The notes beneath the pieces are model-generated. The model saw nothing but the letters and a program-made list of their open reading frames with translations. It was not told where the DNA came from and did not search any database. From Patescibacteria group bacterium (lineage in GTDB: Bacteria; Patescibacteriota; Gracilibacteria; UBA1369; PNNO01), in NCBI GenBank assembly GCA_042568575.1, contig JBHPIO010000006.1:1-64000 (forward strand): a DNA stretch of 64,000 nucleotides, in the 5' to 3' direction. A program made the position numbers and the translations under genes. Below are positions 20,604 through 30,583 of the stretch, one piece after another (positions within the stretch are counted from its first letter, which is position 1; each line of letters begins with the position of its first letter).

Positions 20604-21947
20604 ATGAGGAAATTTTTTCTTACCTGTATAGTTTGCGTATTTCTAATCCCGGTTAGCATGCCGGCGGTATATGCTGCTAACTCGTTTCCTGATGTAACAA
20701 GCGACTCTCCATATTACACAGCAATCGAATATTTTAAAGAAAGTGGAGTAATTGAAGGATATACAGACGGTACTTTCAGGCCGGATCAAGAAGCAAATCG
20801 TGCAGAGGCACTTAAAATAGTCTTACTAGCATCTTCAGTTAGCGTTGAAGATGTTTTTCTGGGACTTAATGTTTTCCCTGATGTTTCACCGGAAGACTGG
20901 CATTATCCTTATATAAAAACAGCAAAAGAACTGGATTATGTAGAAGGTTATCCCGATGGAGATTTTAAACCAGAAAAAGTTCAAAATATTGCAGAGACCT
21001 TAAAACTCATTTTGCTAACAAATGATATTGACGGTATAGAAGTAGATGTTAACGAAACGATATATCCGGATGTAACCGGCGAAGTTTGGTTTGCTCCTTA
21101 TGCAGCATATTCAAAAGAAAAGAACATTATAGAGCCAGGTGACGATGCAAAACTACATGCAGAACGTGGTATCACTAGAGGTGAACTTGTTGAGATGATG
21201 TACAGAATGGAAATTGTTCTACAAAACGGCGGGGATCCATTTGATATTTCAACAAACTGGCCAACAGTTTCTTATCCACAGCATGCATTTAAATCAAAGC
21301 TTCCTTTCACATGGGAAGTTGTTGAAAACGCAGACGAGGTTGTTTTCTGGAGACGTGACGAGATAAACCATCAAAGTTCATACGAGGTGTCGTTCCCCTA
21401 TTCAGCAAGCATGACTTTCCATTTAGATAACAATGAAGATGGCTTAAGTCCAGCAAATTATGAAGCAAATCTCGACATGGTTTATAAATCGGATTTTGGT
21501 TCATATCAAAAAAACAGTTTAACTATAGCCGGAAACCAGGCAATTGAATTCAATGTAAGTGTCGATCATGATGACTATTTTGTATTCCTTCCTGAAAACA
21601 GGGTTCTTCATATTTACACTTCGTACGGTTGGTCTGATTTGACAGAGCAACTCCAAGCAGAAATGGATAAGATTTTGGAAAGCCTTGAGTACATTACTCC
21701 AGGAAGTGGGTCTACATCTTCGGGAAATGTACTTTCCGATGCTAGAGATCGAATTCTTGTAGAAGGACTTGGGCAGGAAACTCTAAATATGTTTAGTGAT
21801 CTTGTGAATATTGAAACAGATACAATAGGTGTTGGAACTGGTCCTGTAGATTATTTTTACAGCGCTCAGTATGACGTCACCATTAAATATGAACGAAATT
21901 CTGATACGATTTTAGATATTCAGGATGGAGAGACTTCGGCATTTTAA
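20604..21947 (+). CDS. secreted SLH-domain protein
   Basis: Signal peptide (AVYA); three SLH repeats (FPDV...GYTDGTFRPDQEANRAE); C-terminal PsbP-like stretch. Confidence 0.88.
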   Translation: MRKFFLTCIVCVFLIPVSMPAVYAANSFPDVTSDSPYYTAIEYFKESGVIEGYTDGTFRPDQEANRAEALKIVLLASSVSVEDVFLGLNVFPDVSPEDWHYPYIKTAKELDYVEGYPDGDFKPEKVQNIAETLKLILLTNDIDGIEVDVNETIYPDVTGEVWFAPYAAYSKEKNIIEPGDDAKLHAERGITRGELVEMMYRMEIVLQNGGDPFDISTNWPTVSYPQHAFKSKLPFTWEVVENADEVVFWRRDEINHQSSYEVSFPYSASMTFHLDNNEDGLSPANYEANLDMVYKSDFGSYQKNSLTIAGNQAIEFNVSVDHDDYFVFLPENRVLHIYTSYGWSDLTEQLQAEMDKILESLEYITPGSGSTSSGNVLSDARDRILVEGLGQETLNMFSDLVNIETDTIGVGTGPVDYFYSAQYDVTIKYERNSDTILDIQDGETSAF

Positions 21948-21958
21948 CTTTTTGATGT

Positions 21959-22129
21959 ATGAAAAAAACACTACTCGCTCTTTTATTAAGCATTTTAATA
22001 GTATTTCCAGGTTGTGATTGCAATCCTCAGCCCGTATTGGAAGAAGAAGAACTTCCAGCTCCAGAAATTCAAGGACCGACAACTCCTCCATATTCGGTCG
22101 GACCAAGTGGGCCGCCGCCGGGTGAATAG
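21959..22129 (+). CDS. small putative lipoprotein (56 aa), absent from ORF track
   Basis: Hand translation MKKTLLALLLSILIVFPGCDCNPQPVLEEEELPAPEIQGPTTPPYSVGPSGPPPGE*; basic N-region, hydrophobic core, G-C19; fills the gap between co-oriented genes. Confidence 0.7.
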   Translation: MKKTLLALLLSILIVFPGCDCNPQPVLEEEELPAPEIQGPTTPPYSVGPSGPPPGE

Positions 22130-22147
22130 TTGCATAATCTCATCAAG

Positions 22148-22402
22148 ATGAAATTATCAAAAAAAATCATTACGGGAATAACAATATCTGTAATAGTAAC
22201 ACTCTTAGTTGCTATTGACTTAGGTTTGTTTAGAAAATTTAGTCCTTATAACTATTCAATAATTAGGCATTTATACTGCATTACAATAGAACAGGAAGAA
22301 TATTCTCACATTTCGCCACTTTCTCGTTACCCATCTTCCATGGACTACCTTTCTATATTTCAATGTGGAAATGAATATGATGAAAAATATCCTCCTGGTT
22401 AG
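22148..22402 (+). CDS. small hypothetical membrane-anchored protein
   Basis: MKLSKKIITGITISVIVTLLVAI TM segment, two Cys. Confidence 0.5.
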   Translation: MKLSKKIITGITISVIVTLLVAIDLGLFRKFSPYNYSIIRHLYCITIEQEEYSHISPLSRYPSSMDYLSIFQCGNEYDEKYPPG

Positions 22403-22485
22403 AATACTTCCGACAACAGAGGGCTTTTTCTTGAATTTTCAGCTAAGTTTACTTATAATTACGGCGCAAATTAACTCACTTTAAT

Positions 22486-23238
22486 ATGTCTGGACATTCA
22501 AAATGGCATTCGATTAAACATAAAAAAGGTGCTGCTGACGCTAAACGAGGAAAGATTTTTACAGTACATGCGAAACTTATAACTATTGCTGCTCGCGAAG
22601 GTGGTGGTGATCCTGATATGAACCCATCACTGCGAACTGCGATTGATAACGCAAAAACAGCAAACGTTCCAAACGCAAATATTGAGCGGGCTGTTAAACG
22701 CGGAACTGGCGCAGATAAAGACGGTATTGAAATTAGCGAAGTAATGTACGAAGGATATGGGCCTGCAGGAACTGCTTTATACATTCAGGCAGTTACAGAC
22801 AATAAGAATAGAACAGTTGCGAGCGTTAAAAGTATTTTGAGTAAAAACGGTGGGAATATGGGCGGCGCAGGTAGTGTTGCTTATCTTTTTCATCAAAAAG
22901 GATTGATTCTAATTAAAGCTGAAGCTGCAAAACATGAGGACCTCGAATTAACAGCAATCGATTCAGGTGCAGAAGATATAAAAATCGAAGGAGACACTGC
23001 GGAAGTTTATACAAATTCGAAAGATCTTCATAACGTTAAAAAGAAAATGGAAGAAGGTGGATTTGAAATTGAATCTGCAGAAATCGCATTCATTCCGGAA
23101 AACGAAGTGAAAATCGAAGAAGAAGATAAAGCAAAAAAGGTTCTCAAATTAATGGAAGCTTTGGAAGATGACGAAGACGTTACTAACGTTTTCAGTAACT
23201 TTGATATTCCAGAGGAACTATTGGAGAAGTTGGGGTAG
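22486..23238 (+). CDS. yebC: YebC/PmpR family protein
   Basis: MSGHSKWHSIKHKKG, YEGYGPAG, TDNKNRT, LEDDEDVTNVFSN. Confidence 0.97.
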   Translation: MSGHSKWHSIKHKKGAADAKRGKIFTVHAKLITIAAREGGGDPDMNPSLRTAIDNAKTANVPNANIERAVKRGTGADKDGIEISEVMYEGYGPAGTALYIQAVTDNKNRTVASVKSILSKNGGNMGGAGSVAYLFHQKGLILIKAEAAKHEDLELTAIDSGAEDIKIEGDTAEVYTNSKDLHNVKKKMEEGGFEIESAEIAFIPENEVKIEEEDKAKKVLKLMEALEDDEDVTNVFSNFDIPEELLEKLG

Positions 23239-23913
23239 ATTTTTCACGGCTATAGGTCTATCTTCTTGGATTTCATATCCAGCCTTTTGATGACCTGCTT
23301 TTAATAGCTCAGTATCATCAGGTTCTTCAGAAATTAATCTCGCAAAAATCAAATTACAATCGTTTTCATTAGCAATGCGATCAGCTAATTGCAATAGTTT
23401 TTCTCCTATTCCCCCGCCTCTTAATGTAGGTATGACATATCTATCCGCAATATACAGAACATTTTGTGATGTCCCATCTTTTTGAGTAACTCTAAACAGT
23501 TTAAGATTTATCCAATATCGCTGTTTTTCTGCTGTAATACAAATTATATAAGCATCTGATTTTGGATGATCAATAGCTAATGTTCTTATGTTTACATTCG
23601 CCAAATCGCTAAAAGCAAATATTCTATCTGCTCTTGTTTTCAGTGATTCCTTTTGCCCATCAACTTCAATTGTATATTCTGATTCAACATTTATTTGTGA
23701 AGCAGATGGCTCTCCCAAAAGCATTCCTTGGGCAGCCTGAATAAACTGAAGATACTTTTGTTTCCCATCTCCTGTGGGTATTTCCACTGCCATACATTGT
23801 GCTTCCTCAATAAGCACTTCTATGTCTGTAGGAGATAATTCCGATAACCTTTCATGATTATAAATGTAATCTTTTAATTCAGGTCCTCCTTCATTACCAA
23901 ATTCAAGTCCCAT
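23218..23913 (-). CDS. GNAT-family acetyltransferase domain protein
   Basis: YVIPTLRGGGIGEKLL acetyl-CoA motif A; start moved to MGLEFG (23913) to avoid overlap with the upstream gene. Confidence 0.7.
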   Translation of the reverse strand: MGLEFGNEGGPELKDYIYNHERLSELSPTDIEVLIEEAQCMAVEIPTGDGKQKYLQFIQAAQGMLLGEPSASQINVESEYTIEVDGQKESLKTRADRIFAFSDLANVNIRTLAIDHPKSDAYIICITAEKQRYWINLKLFRVTQKDGTSQNVLYIADRYVIPTLRGGGIGEKLLQLADRIANENDCNLIFARLISEEPDDTELLKAGHQKAGYEIQEDRPIAVKNLPQLLQ

Positions 23914-23923
23914 AGTTTTGGCA

Positions 23924-25330
23924 TTACTCTTCAAACTTGTAAGTAACTCCCGGTTCCATATCGATCTCGTCCTGTTTTTCAGGAATATTTTCGACAACGT
24001 CTTCTTTCTTAACTTTCTTAGCTGGAGCTTTTGAAGACTTTGCATCTGCTTTCTTCGGCTTCGGATCAGCCTCAACTTTCACATCTTCTTTTTGCCAAAT
24101 ACTCTCTTTAAGAGCCTTGGCATTTTTTACGTCCGATCCTGAAATCACATCCGGATGTTCATCTGGGTGAATGTTCAGCCTTTTTGCCTGATATTCACGA
24201 ACTTTTTGAATGATTTTTTGTTCTGTATCTTGAAGGTCACCATTTTTCATCTTGAATCCTGCAGCCTGGATATGCCCTCCCCCATCAAACATTTCCGCGA
24301 TTACACTTGCATTGACAGATTCGCTTGTTGTCCTTACACTACACGAAATCACGCCGTCTTCGCGCTCCTTAATAAGGAGTACCACATCTGCACCTGGTGC
24401 GTTTGTCATTAATTCATCGATAATATCCCCTGTTTCTTCAGCCTGACTACTTGTTTCAACAAAATCCTGCTTACTAATTGTTGACCAAACAACTCTATAA
24501 AGTCTATCGTACTGAATTTTTGTAAGAACTCGCCCCCACAGTTTTAGCATTGTGAGGTTTTTCGTTTTATAAATATGTTGAATGATTTCCTGCTGCCTCG
24601 CACCATATCCAAGAAGGTGCGCCGCAGAAGCAAAAGCTTTTGGCGAAGTATTCGCATTTTGAAAACTTCCGGTATCGGTGATGATTCCAGCTAGCAAAAG
24701 AGTTGCTATATCCTCGTTGATAATCTCTTTATCTTCAGCTTTTGCAAGACCCTCAATAATTGGAATAATAAGTTCAGTTGCAGAAGAAGCCATAATATCA
24801 ATCAGGTTTATCTTCCCGAAATGATTATTGCTCACATGATGATCAATATTAATAACTGGGATCTGAGTGAATAGCCCAGCATTATCTTCATAAAGTTTCC
24901 CAAGTTGGGAAAGATCACCAGCATCAACCACCATAATAAGGTCATACTTTGAAGGACCATAGTGATACGAGACCTCTCTTTCGCTTAGAGATCCATTTTT
25001 CGGCGAAATAATAATATTTATCTTATTGTCTTCAAGGTTCGTTTTAATAGTGTCGATTTTGGCTTTTGTGCAGTCCAAAGTCACAATAAAGTCATTCGAT
25101 GTTACCAAATGGTCATCAATAACATTTGTAGTTGGGAGAAACTGATAAACATCAGGAATTGGATCCGCGCAAACCACAGTAACCTCTTTTTTAAGCTTTT
25201 TAAGCGCAAGAAATAAAGCCAAAGCCGAACCTATCGAATCACCATCCGGCGGAGACGACGGCATAATCAGAATTTTTTCACTCTTCTGAAGTAACTGGAT
25301 AATCTGACTTTGTATTTGCGTTTCGGCCAT
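23924..25330 (-). CDS. nrnA: DHH/DHHA1 phosphoesterase (NrnA-like)
   Basis: PDGDSIGS, VVDAG, NIDHH, TDTGSF, GGGHIQAAG; charged C-terminal tail. Confidence 0.85.
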   Translation of the reverse strand: MAETQIQSQIIQLLQKSEKILIMPSSPPDGDSIGSALALFLALKKLKKEVTVVCADPIPDVYQFLPTTNVIDDHLVTSNDFIVTLDCTKAKIDTIKTNLEDNKINIIISPKNGSLSEREVSYHYGPSKYDLIMVVDAGDLSQLGKLYEDNAGLFTQIPVINIDHHVSNNHFGKINLIDIMASSATELIIPIIEGLAKAEDKEIINEDIATLLLAGIITDTGSFQNANTSPKAFASAAHLLGYGARQQEIIQHIYKTKNLTMLKLWGRVLTKIQYDRLYRVVWSTISKQDFVETSSQAEETGDIIDELMTNAPGADVVLLIKEREDGVISCSVRTTSESVNASVIAEMFDGGGHIQAAGFKMKNGDLQDTEQKIIQKVREYQAKRLNIHPDEHPDVISGSDVKNAKALKESIWQKEDVKVEADPKPKKADAKSSKAPAKKVKKEDVVENIPEKQDEIDMEPGVTYKFEE

Positions 25331-25452
25331 CTAGAAAATTAAAATGATTATAGTATTATAAAAGTTTTTTCGCCCAATGTCAACCATCGCGCACTAATAA
25401 CAGGAAGGCGTAAAAATATCAAAACCTTGCCCTAAAAGCAACTAAAAATGAC

Positions 25453-27159
25453 TTACTGAGAAGAGTCTGAGAAATCCACAATCTTCATCTGAAGAGACTT
25501 TCTGCCTTTCCACTCGTTTCGTTCTAATTGAAACACTATATCGAGTGACCTATGAGTTCGAACAAAATCGGTAAATCCTCCCATATTAAAGGCGATTCCT
25601 TTTAGTCTTGTGCCGTCTTTGGAGACATCAATACTCAAATGATTATGCTCTTTGCCTACACTTTTCGCCTCATTAATTTCTGCATCTTTCAAAACGAATT
25701 TAGGCCTTTCATTAGCGATTCCGAAAGGCTCAAGAGATTCTATCAGTTCAACAGTTTCCCAACTAAGTTCATCTGATTTTATTTCACAATCAATAGATAA
25801 AGGCTGTTGTAGATCACATTTTTTAAGCTTATTTTTTGTATATTTTTTGATATCAGTCATAAATGCCTTCAGATTCTCCTTTTTCAAACTAAATCCTGCC
25901 GCTTGTGCATGCCCTCCAAAATGATCCAGATACGAAGAACACTCCGTAATCGCCTCAACAATATTGAAAAATTGAGGACTTCTTGCTGAAGCAACGAGAT
26001 AATCACCGAAATCCTGAAGAATAATTGATGGTTTTGAATATTTCTCTGACAATCTTCCTGCAACCAATCCAATTATTCCAACATGCCAATCTTTATCATA
26101 ATGAATGATCATTTTCTCATCCGGACTACTTCTTTCCTCTTCCTTATAACGTCTTTCAGCTTCTTCAAATGCATCCGCAAGCATGATTTGCCGTTTTTTG
26201 TTGAGAGTTTCCAATTTATTTGCCAGTTTCTTAGCATTTTCTGTTTCTCCTCCCTGAATAAGTAATTGTAAAGCATAATAAGGAGAATCGATTCTGCCCG
26301 CCGCATTTATTCGCGGTGCAATTTGATATCCAATATTATACGTGCTCAGTTTTTTGGTACCATCAATTCCTGCAATTTCCTGCAAAAACTTAAGACCTTC
26401 CCATTTGGTTTGGGGAAGCATTTCTAGCCCTTTTTTAACTATCAATCTATTCTCTCCAACAATCGGCCCACAATCTGCAACCGTTCCAAGACTTGCCAAA
26501 TCAAGAAGTGCAAAGATAAGAGAGTTGTCATCTTCACCATGGCCATCGTGCCTTAGAAGCGCATGAGCAAGTTTAAACGCAACTCCTGCACCTGTTAAAT
26601 CTTTAAATGGATAGTTGCTATCTGGACGCGCTGGGTGCAGCACTTCGTATGCTGCTTCGGGGTAGTTTTGCGGAATTTGGTGGTGGTCTGTGATTATTGT
26701 TTCTACGCCTTTTTCTTTTGCTATTGCCACTTCTTTTGCATTCGAAATTCCGCAGTCAACGGTAATCAACAAAGTTACTCCTGCCTCCTTAAATTCATCA
26801 ATAAATTTTTCGTTCAGTCCGTACCCATCATTTAAACGATGTGGCAGACGATATGAAACTTCCGCACCAAGGTGCTGCAGAGTTAGTACAAGAATTGCAC
26901 AACCACTTATTCCATCAACATCGTAGTCACCATAGACAATTATTCTTTCCTTATTTTTAATTGCTTTTTCAATCCTCTCAACTGCTCTATCCATCCCTCC
27001 CATTAAATAGGGATCGTGAAAATCTTTATTAAAATCCGGCTTTAAAAATAAAGCAAGATCATCGGGATCGCTTAGCCCACGATTCGCAAGTATCTTATCA
27101 ATAACACTTTTATTGCCGTCAGCATTTTTAATTTCCCATTTTTTCCCTAGAACAGACAT
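25453..27159 (-). CDS. recJ: ssDNA-specific exonuclease RecJ
   Basis: YGDYDVDG, TVDCG, ITDHH, LGTVAD, PRINAAGR, GGHAQAAG, LEPFG. Confidence 0.97.
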   Translation of the reverse strand: MSVLGKKWEIKNADGNKSVIDKILANRGLSDPDDLALFLKPDFNKDFHDPYLMGGMDRAVERIEKAIKNKERIIVYGDYDVDGISGCAILVLTLQHLGAEVSYRLPHRLNDGYGLNEKFIDEFKEAGVTLLITVDCGISNAKEVAIAKEKGVETIITDHHQIPQNYPEAAYEVLHPARPDSNYPFKDLTGAGVAFKLAHALLRHDGHGEDDNSLIFALLDLASLGTVADCGPIVGENRLIVKKGLEMLPQTKWEGLKFLQEIAGIDGTKKLSTYNIGYQIAPRINAAGRIDSPYYALQLLIQGGETENAKKLANKLETLNKKRQIMLADAFEEAERRYKEEERSSPDEKMIIHYDKDWHVGIIGLVAGRLSEKYSKPSIILQDFGDYLVASARSPQFFNIVEAITECSSYLDHFGGHAQAAGFSLKKENLKAFMTDIKKYTKNKLKKCDLQQPLSIDCEIKSDELSWETVELIESLEPFGIANERPKFVLKDAEINEAKSVGKEHNHLSIDVSKDGTRLKGIAFNMGGFTDFVRTHRSLDIVFQLERNEWKGRKSLQMKIVDFSDSSQ

Positions 27160-27168
27160 TATATTAGA

Positions 27169-28101
27169 TTATCCTGCATATTTCTCTCCTGGAAGCCAAG
27201 TTACTTCAGGTTCCTTCTTAAACCATGTTATCTGTCTTTTGGCATAATTCCTAGTGTTTTTCTGAAGCCAGCCTAAGGCTTCTTCAAGGGTTCTTTCCCC
27301 ATTGATGTATGAAATCATTTCTGGATAGCCAAGTGAGGACATTGAAGATAGTGAAAGATCAAATCCCTTATCCAAAAGTCCCTGAGTTTCTTCAATAAGC
27401 CCTTTTTCCACTTGTATCCCAGCTCTCTTATCAATTCGTTCATAAAGTTTTTCACGCGGCCAGTCTATTCCAAATCTTAAGATATGATATTCAGGATCAC
27501 CTTTCTTCTGGATATCCCCTCCAAATTTCGCAATCTCAATAGCACGAATTACATATCTATGATTATTTGGATGGATTTTTTTTGCTGCTTCCGGATCTAG
27601 CTTTTTCAGCTTTTCATAAACATAATCCCCGCCTTTTTTCTCAATTTCTTTTCTAAGTTTTTCGCGAAATTTCTCATTTGGTGGAATTCTTGGAATTGCG
27701 TAATTTTCGCAAATTGCACGAATATACAAACCAGTTCCTCCAATGAGTATAGGAAGTTTTCCTCTTTGGTGAATATCTTTAATATGCTCTTTTGCTTTAT
27801 CAACAAAATTAGCCAATGAAAATTCTTGATCAGGTTCAACAAAATCTAACATATAATGCGGCACGCCTTCCATTTCTTCCGGCATAACTTTCGCTGTGCC
27901 AATATCCATATACTTATAAATCTGCCTGGAATCAGTTGAGATCACTTCTCCATCATATTTTTTTGCAATTTTAATACTTAAATCTGTTTTACCAGAAGCG
28001 GTCGCGCCGAGAATGACCAGCAAAGGTGGAAGCCCAACTTTTTTTGATTCTTCTAGGAATTTTTCGGTTTTCTTATAAACATCCACGTCTTCTGAGTGCA
28101 T
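27169..28101 (-). CDS. miaA: tRNA dimethylallyltransferase
   Basis: GATASGKT, DSRQIYKYMDIGTAK, GGTGLY, TRNYAKRQITWF. Confidence 0.97.
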   Translation of the reverse strand: MHSEDVDVYKKTEKFLEESKKVGLPPLLVILGATASGKTDLSIKIAKKYDGEVISTDSRQIYKYMDIGTAKVMPEEMEGVPHYMLDFVEPDQEFSLANFVDKAKEHIKDIHQRGKLPILIGGTGLYIRAICENYAIPRIPPNEKFREKLRKEIEKKGGDYVYEKLKKLDPEAAKKIHPNNHRYVIRAIEIAKFGGDIQKKGDPEYHILRFGIDWPREKLYERIDKRAGIQVEKGLIEETQGLLDKGFDLSLSSMSSLGYPEMISYINGERTLEEALGWLQKNTRNYAKRQITWFKKEPEVTWLPGEKYAG

Positions 28102-28188
28102 AATATTTCTTTAATTCGGACTTATTTATACCAAATTAGTTGACGAAAAGCAAGAAAAGGGTTTAAAATCATCTCCTTAATTTGAAAT

Positions 28189-28753
28189 ATGTCATCTGAA
28201 TCTGAACAAGAAGCACAACTGCAAGAACAACTTGACGCTGTAAAAGAAGCTTTCTTTAAACAACTTAAATATTTTTTAGAAAACGAAGCAGCAAGCGAAC
28301 TATTTGATGGGTTGCAACGATTAAAACGATCAGCAGCTCTATAGTGATCCAAGTAAATTTAAATTTATGTTGTTTAGAGCCGTATCATTAGAAAAGCAGC
28401 CAACCCTCAAATTATTTTTAGAAAGTTATAATGGAGAAGATAATGTAAATATTCCGCTTTCTTCAATTGAAGCTCATGAAATTATTTCAAACCTAACTCC
28501 TGCTGATTATGCTGTGCTTTGTGAGCACGGGGCAAGAGAGTATATAGAACATATGAAGGATAGAGTTGCAAAACTAGATAGAGAGCTTGATGATCCTGAA
28601 ATTTCTACTGAAAATGAACAAGTTGTATTGCAACTTCGGGATGTTGATGAATACGACATGCGTGTAATAGAGCGCTATTTAGAAGGAATAATGCATGGTA
28701 CTAATACGGATTGGAGAAAAAAGGTCCCCCTTTACAGTGAAATAGGTGCGTAG
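28189..28753 (+). pseudogene. hypothetical protein apparently split by a +1 frameshift near 28322
   Basis: ORF 28189-28344 (MSSESEQEAQLQ...DGLQRL) joins open frame 28325-28753 (NDQQLYSDPSKFKFMLFRAV...) if one A of TTAAAACG is removed. Confidence 0.5.
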
Positions 28754-28765
28754 TAGGATGTGGAT

Positions 28766-30418
28766 ATGAGAACTCAAAATTGCCTTAGAACAAAACAGGA
28801 ATTCGTATTTGCCGACAAGGAAATAGATCTTTGTAAAAAAATGGATGTTCTTTTGCCTAAGTTGTCTCCTCAAGAAAGGTTACGAGATGTGATGGCAACA
28901 AGAAATGAGTGGAAATTATATAGAAGAAAATGCGATTTCACTGGAGACGAAATAATAAGCGCCTATAACAAGGATACTGTTTTTCCTGTATATAAAAATG
29001 AAATTTGGTGGGGTGATGAATGGGATCCAATTGAGTATGGCAGGGATTTTGATTTCTCCAGGCCATTTTTTGAACAATTTAAAGAGTTACAAAACGTGGT
29101 GCCTCGAGAAGGTACTACTGTTTTTAATTGTGAAAATTGTGATTACAACAGCCACATTCGTGAATCACGCAATTCATATTTAAATTCACTTGTATATAAA
29201 TGTGAAGATCTCTTCTATTCATACTGGATGGTAAATGATAAAGATGTTTTTGATTCAATGTACACAAATGACAGTACCCGTTGTTACTTCTGCAGTGATG
29301 TAAATGGTGGATATAATTGTGTTGCTTTGGAGGAATCAACAAATTGTAATGACTGTTATTTCTCATATCAATTGCGCGGTTGTAAAAACTGCTTATTTTG
29401 TAGCAATCTAACAAATAAGGAGTATTACGTGTTTAATAAGAAATGTTCAAAAGAAGAGTTTGAAAGTGAAAAAAAGAAAGTTTTAAATGGTTCAAGAAAG
29501 TCATGGCAAGAAGCTTATGATTATTTCTTAAACGAAGTTAAGAAAAAAGCGGTACAAAGATATGTGCATAATTTAAACTGCGAAAATGTTACTGGTGATC
29601 ATGTTTACAATTCGAAGAATTGCGTAAATTGTTTTGAAAGTTTTGACGCTGAGGATGGCTTTAATTCAATATCTTTGTCTGGATCAAGAGATGCCCACAA
29701 CTCATATTCTGCAGGATGGCCAGGTTGTGACAAGATACATTATTCAGCTGTAACAAGAGGCTCAACTGACATTGCCTTTTGTAGTTACACATGGTCTTCA
29801 AGTTCACTTCGATATTGTGACAGCTGCAATTCGTGCGAAAACTGTTTTGGTTGTATCGGACTTAAACATAAAAAATACTGCATTCTGAATAAACAGTATT
29901 CTAAAGAAGAATATGAAAAATTAGTACCGCGAATTATTGAACATATGAAAAAAAACAATGAATGGGGAATGTTTTTCCCACCTAATATGTCTGTTTTTGC
30001 TTATAATGAAACTGCTGCCCAAGATTTCTTCCCGTTAGAAAAAGGGGAAATTTTAGAACTTGGATGGAAATGGAAAGAAAAAGACGCAAAGGACTATCAA
30101 GCAACAAGTATAAGTGAAATTCCTGACAATATTTCTGATATTAAAGATGATTTTACTAAAGAAGTTTTAGCGTGTTCTGAATGTGGAAAAAACTATAAAA
30201 TTGTTCCAAAAGAACTACAATTCTACCGATTAATGAACTTACCTATACCAATAAAGTGCCCTGAATGTAGACATACTTCGCGTTTCAGCAGAAAGAACCC
30301 CTTAGCGCTATTTGAACGTAAATGCGATAGATGTAATGAAGATATTGATAGTAGTTATTCTTCTGATCGTGAAGAAACTGTTTATTGTGAAAAATGCTAT
30401 CTTGAATCAATTGATTAA
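28766..30418 (+). CDS. CPR-type Cys-rich protein with C-terminal zinc ribbons
   Basis: LYRRKCDFTG, WWGDEWDP..YG, RPFFEQF, many CxxC/NCxxC repeats, CFGCIGLKHKKYCILNK, CSECGK...CPECRH, CDRC...VYCEKCY. Confidence 0.85.
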   Translation: MRTQNCLRTKQEFVFADKEIDLCKKMDVLLPKLSPQERLRDVMATRNEWKLYRRKCDFTGDEIISAYNKDTVFPVYKNEIWWGDEWDPIEYGRDFDFSRPFFEQFKELQNVVPREGTTVFNCENCDYNSHIRESRNSYLNSLVYKCEDLFYSYWMVNDKDVFDSMYTNDSTRCYFCSDVNGGYNCVALEESTNCNDCYFSYQLRGCKNCLFCSNLTNKEYYVFNKKCSKEEFESEKKKVLNGSRKSWQEAYDYFLNEVKKKAVQRYVHNLNCENVTGDHVYNSKNCVNCFESFDAEDGFNSISLSGSRDAHNSYSAGWPGCDKIHYSAVTRGSTDIAFCSYTWSSSSLRYCDSCNSCENCFGCIGLKHKKYCILNKQYSKEEYEKLVPRIIEHMKKNNEWGMFFPPNMSVFAYNETAAQDFFPLEKGEILELGWKWKEKDAKDYQATSISEIPDNISDIKDDFTKEVLACSECGKNYKIVPKELQFYRLMNLPIPIKCPECRHTSRFSRKNPLALFERKCDRCNEDIDSSYSSDREETVYCEKCYLESID

Positions 30419-30425
30419 TTTTTAT

Positions 30426-30453
30426 TTGACTTTCCTTTATAGATAAGTAGAAT
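30426..30453 (+). promoter_or_regulatory. sigma70-type promoter of rplJL
   Basis: TTGACT-16 bp-TAGAAT. Confidence 0.6.
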
Positions 30454-30459
30454 GGTCAT

Positions 30460-30570
30460 CGTCAGAGACAGCCGGTTGCAGGCATTCTAAATGCTCGCGT
30501 AAATCCTGCCGAGACGCATAAATCAAACAATTCTTGATATTGCGGCTCGTCTGAAAGCCGCTTTTTTTTT
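30460..30570 (+). ncRNA. ribosomal protein L10 leader with attenuator terminator
   Basis: AGACAGCCGGT...TAAAT...CCTGCCGAG core upstream of rplJ, then GCGGCT-loop-AGCCGC-T9 hairpin (30542-30570). Confidence 0.75.
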
Positions 30571-30583
30571 AACTATCAGAAAT

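Noticed and set aside
23914-24075. N-terminal extension of the GNAT ORF given by the track
   Set aside because: Overlaps the nrnA 3' end in another frame; ATG at 23913 fits better
28766-30418. Diversity-generating retroelement target
   Set aside because: No reverse transcriptase and no template/variable repeat pair noticed in the window
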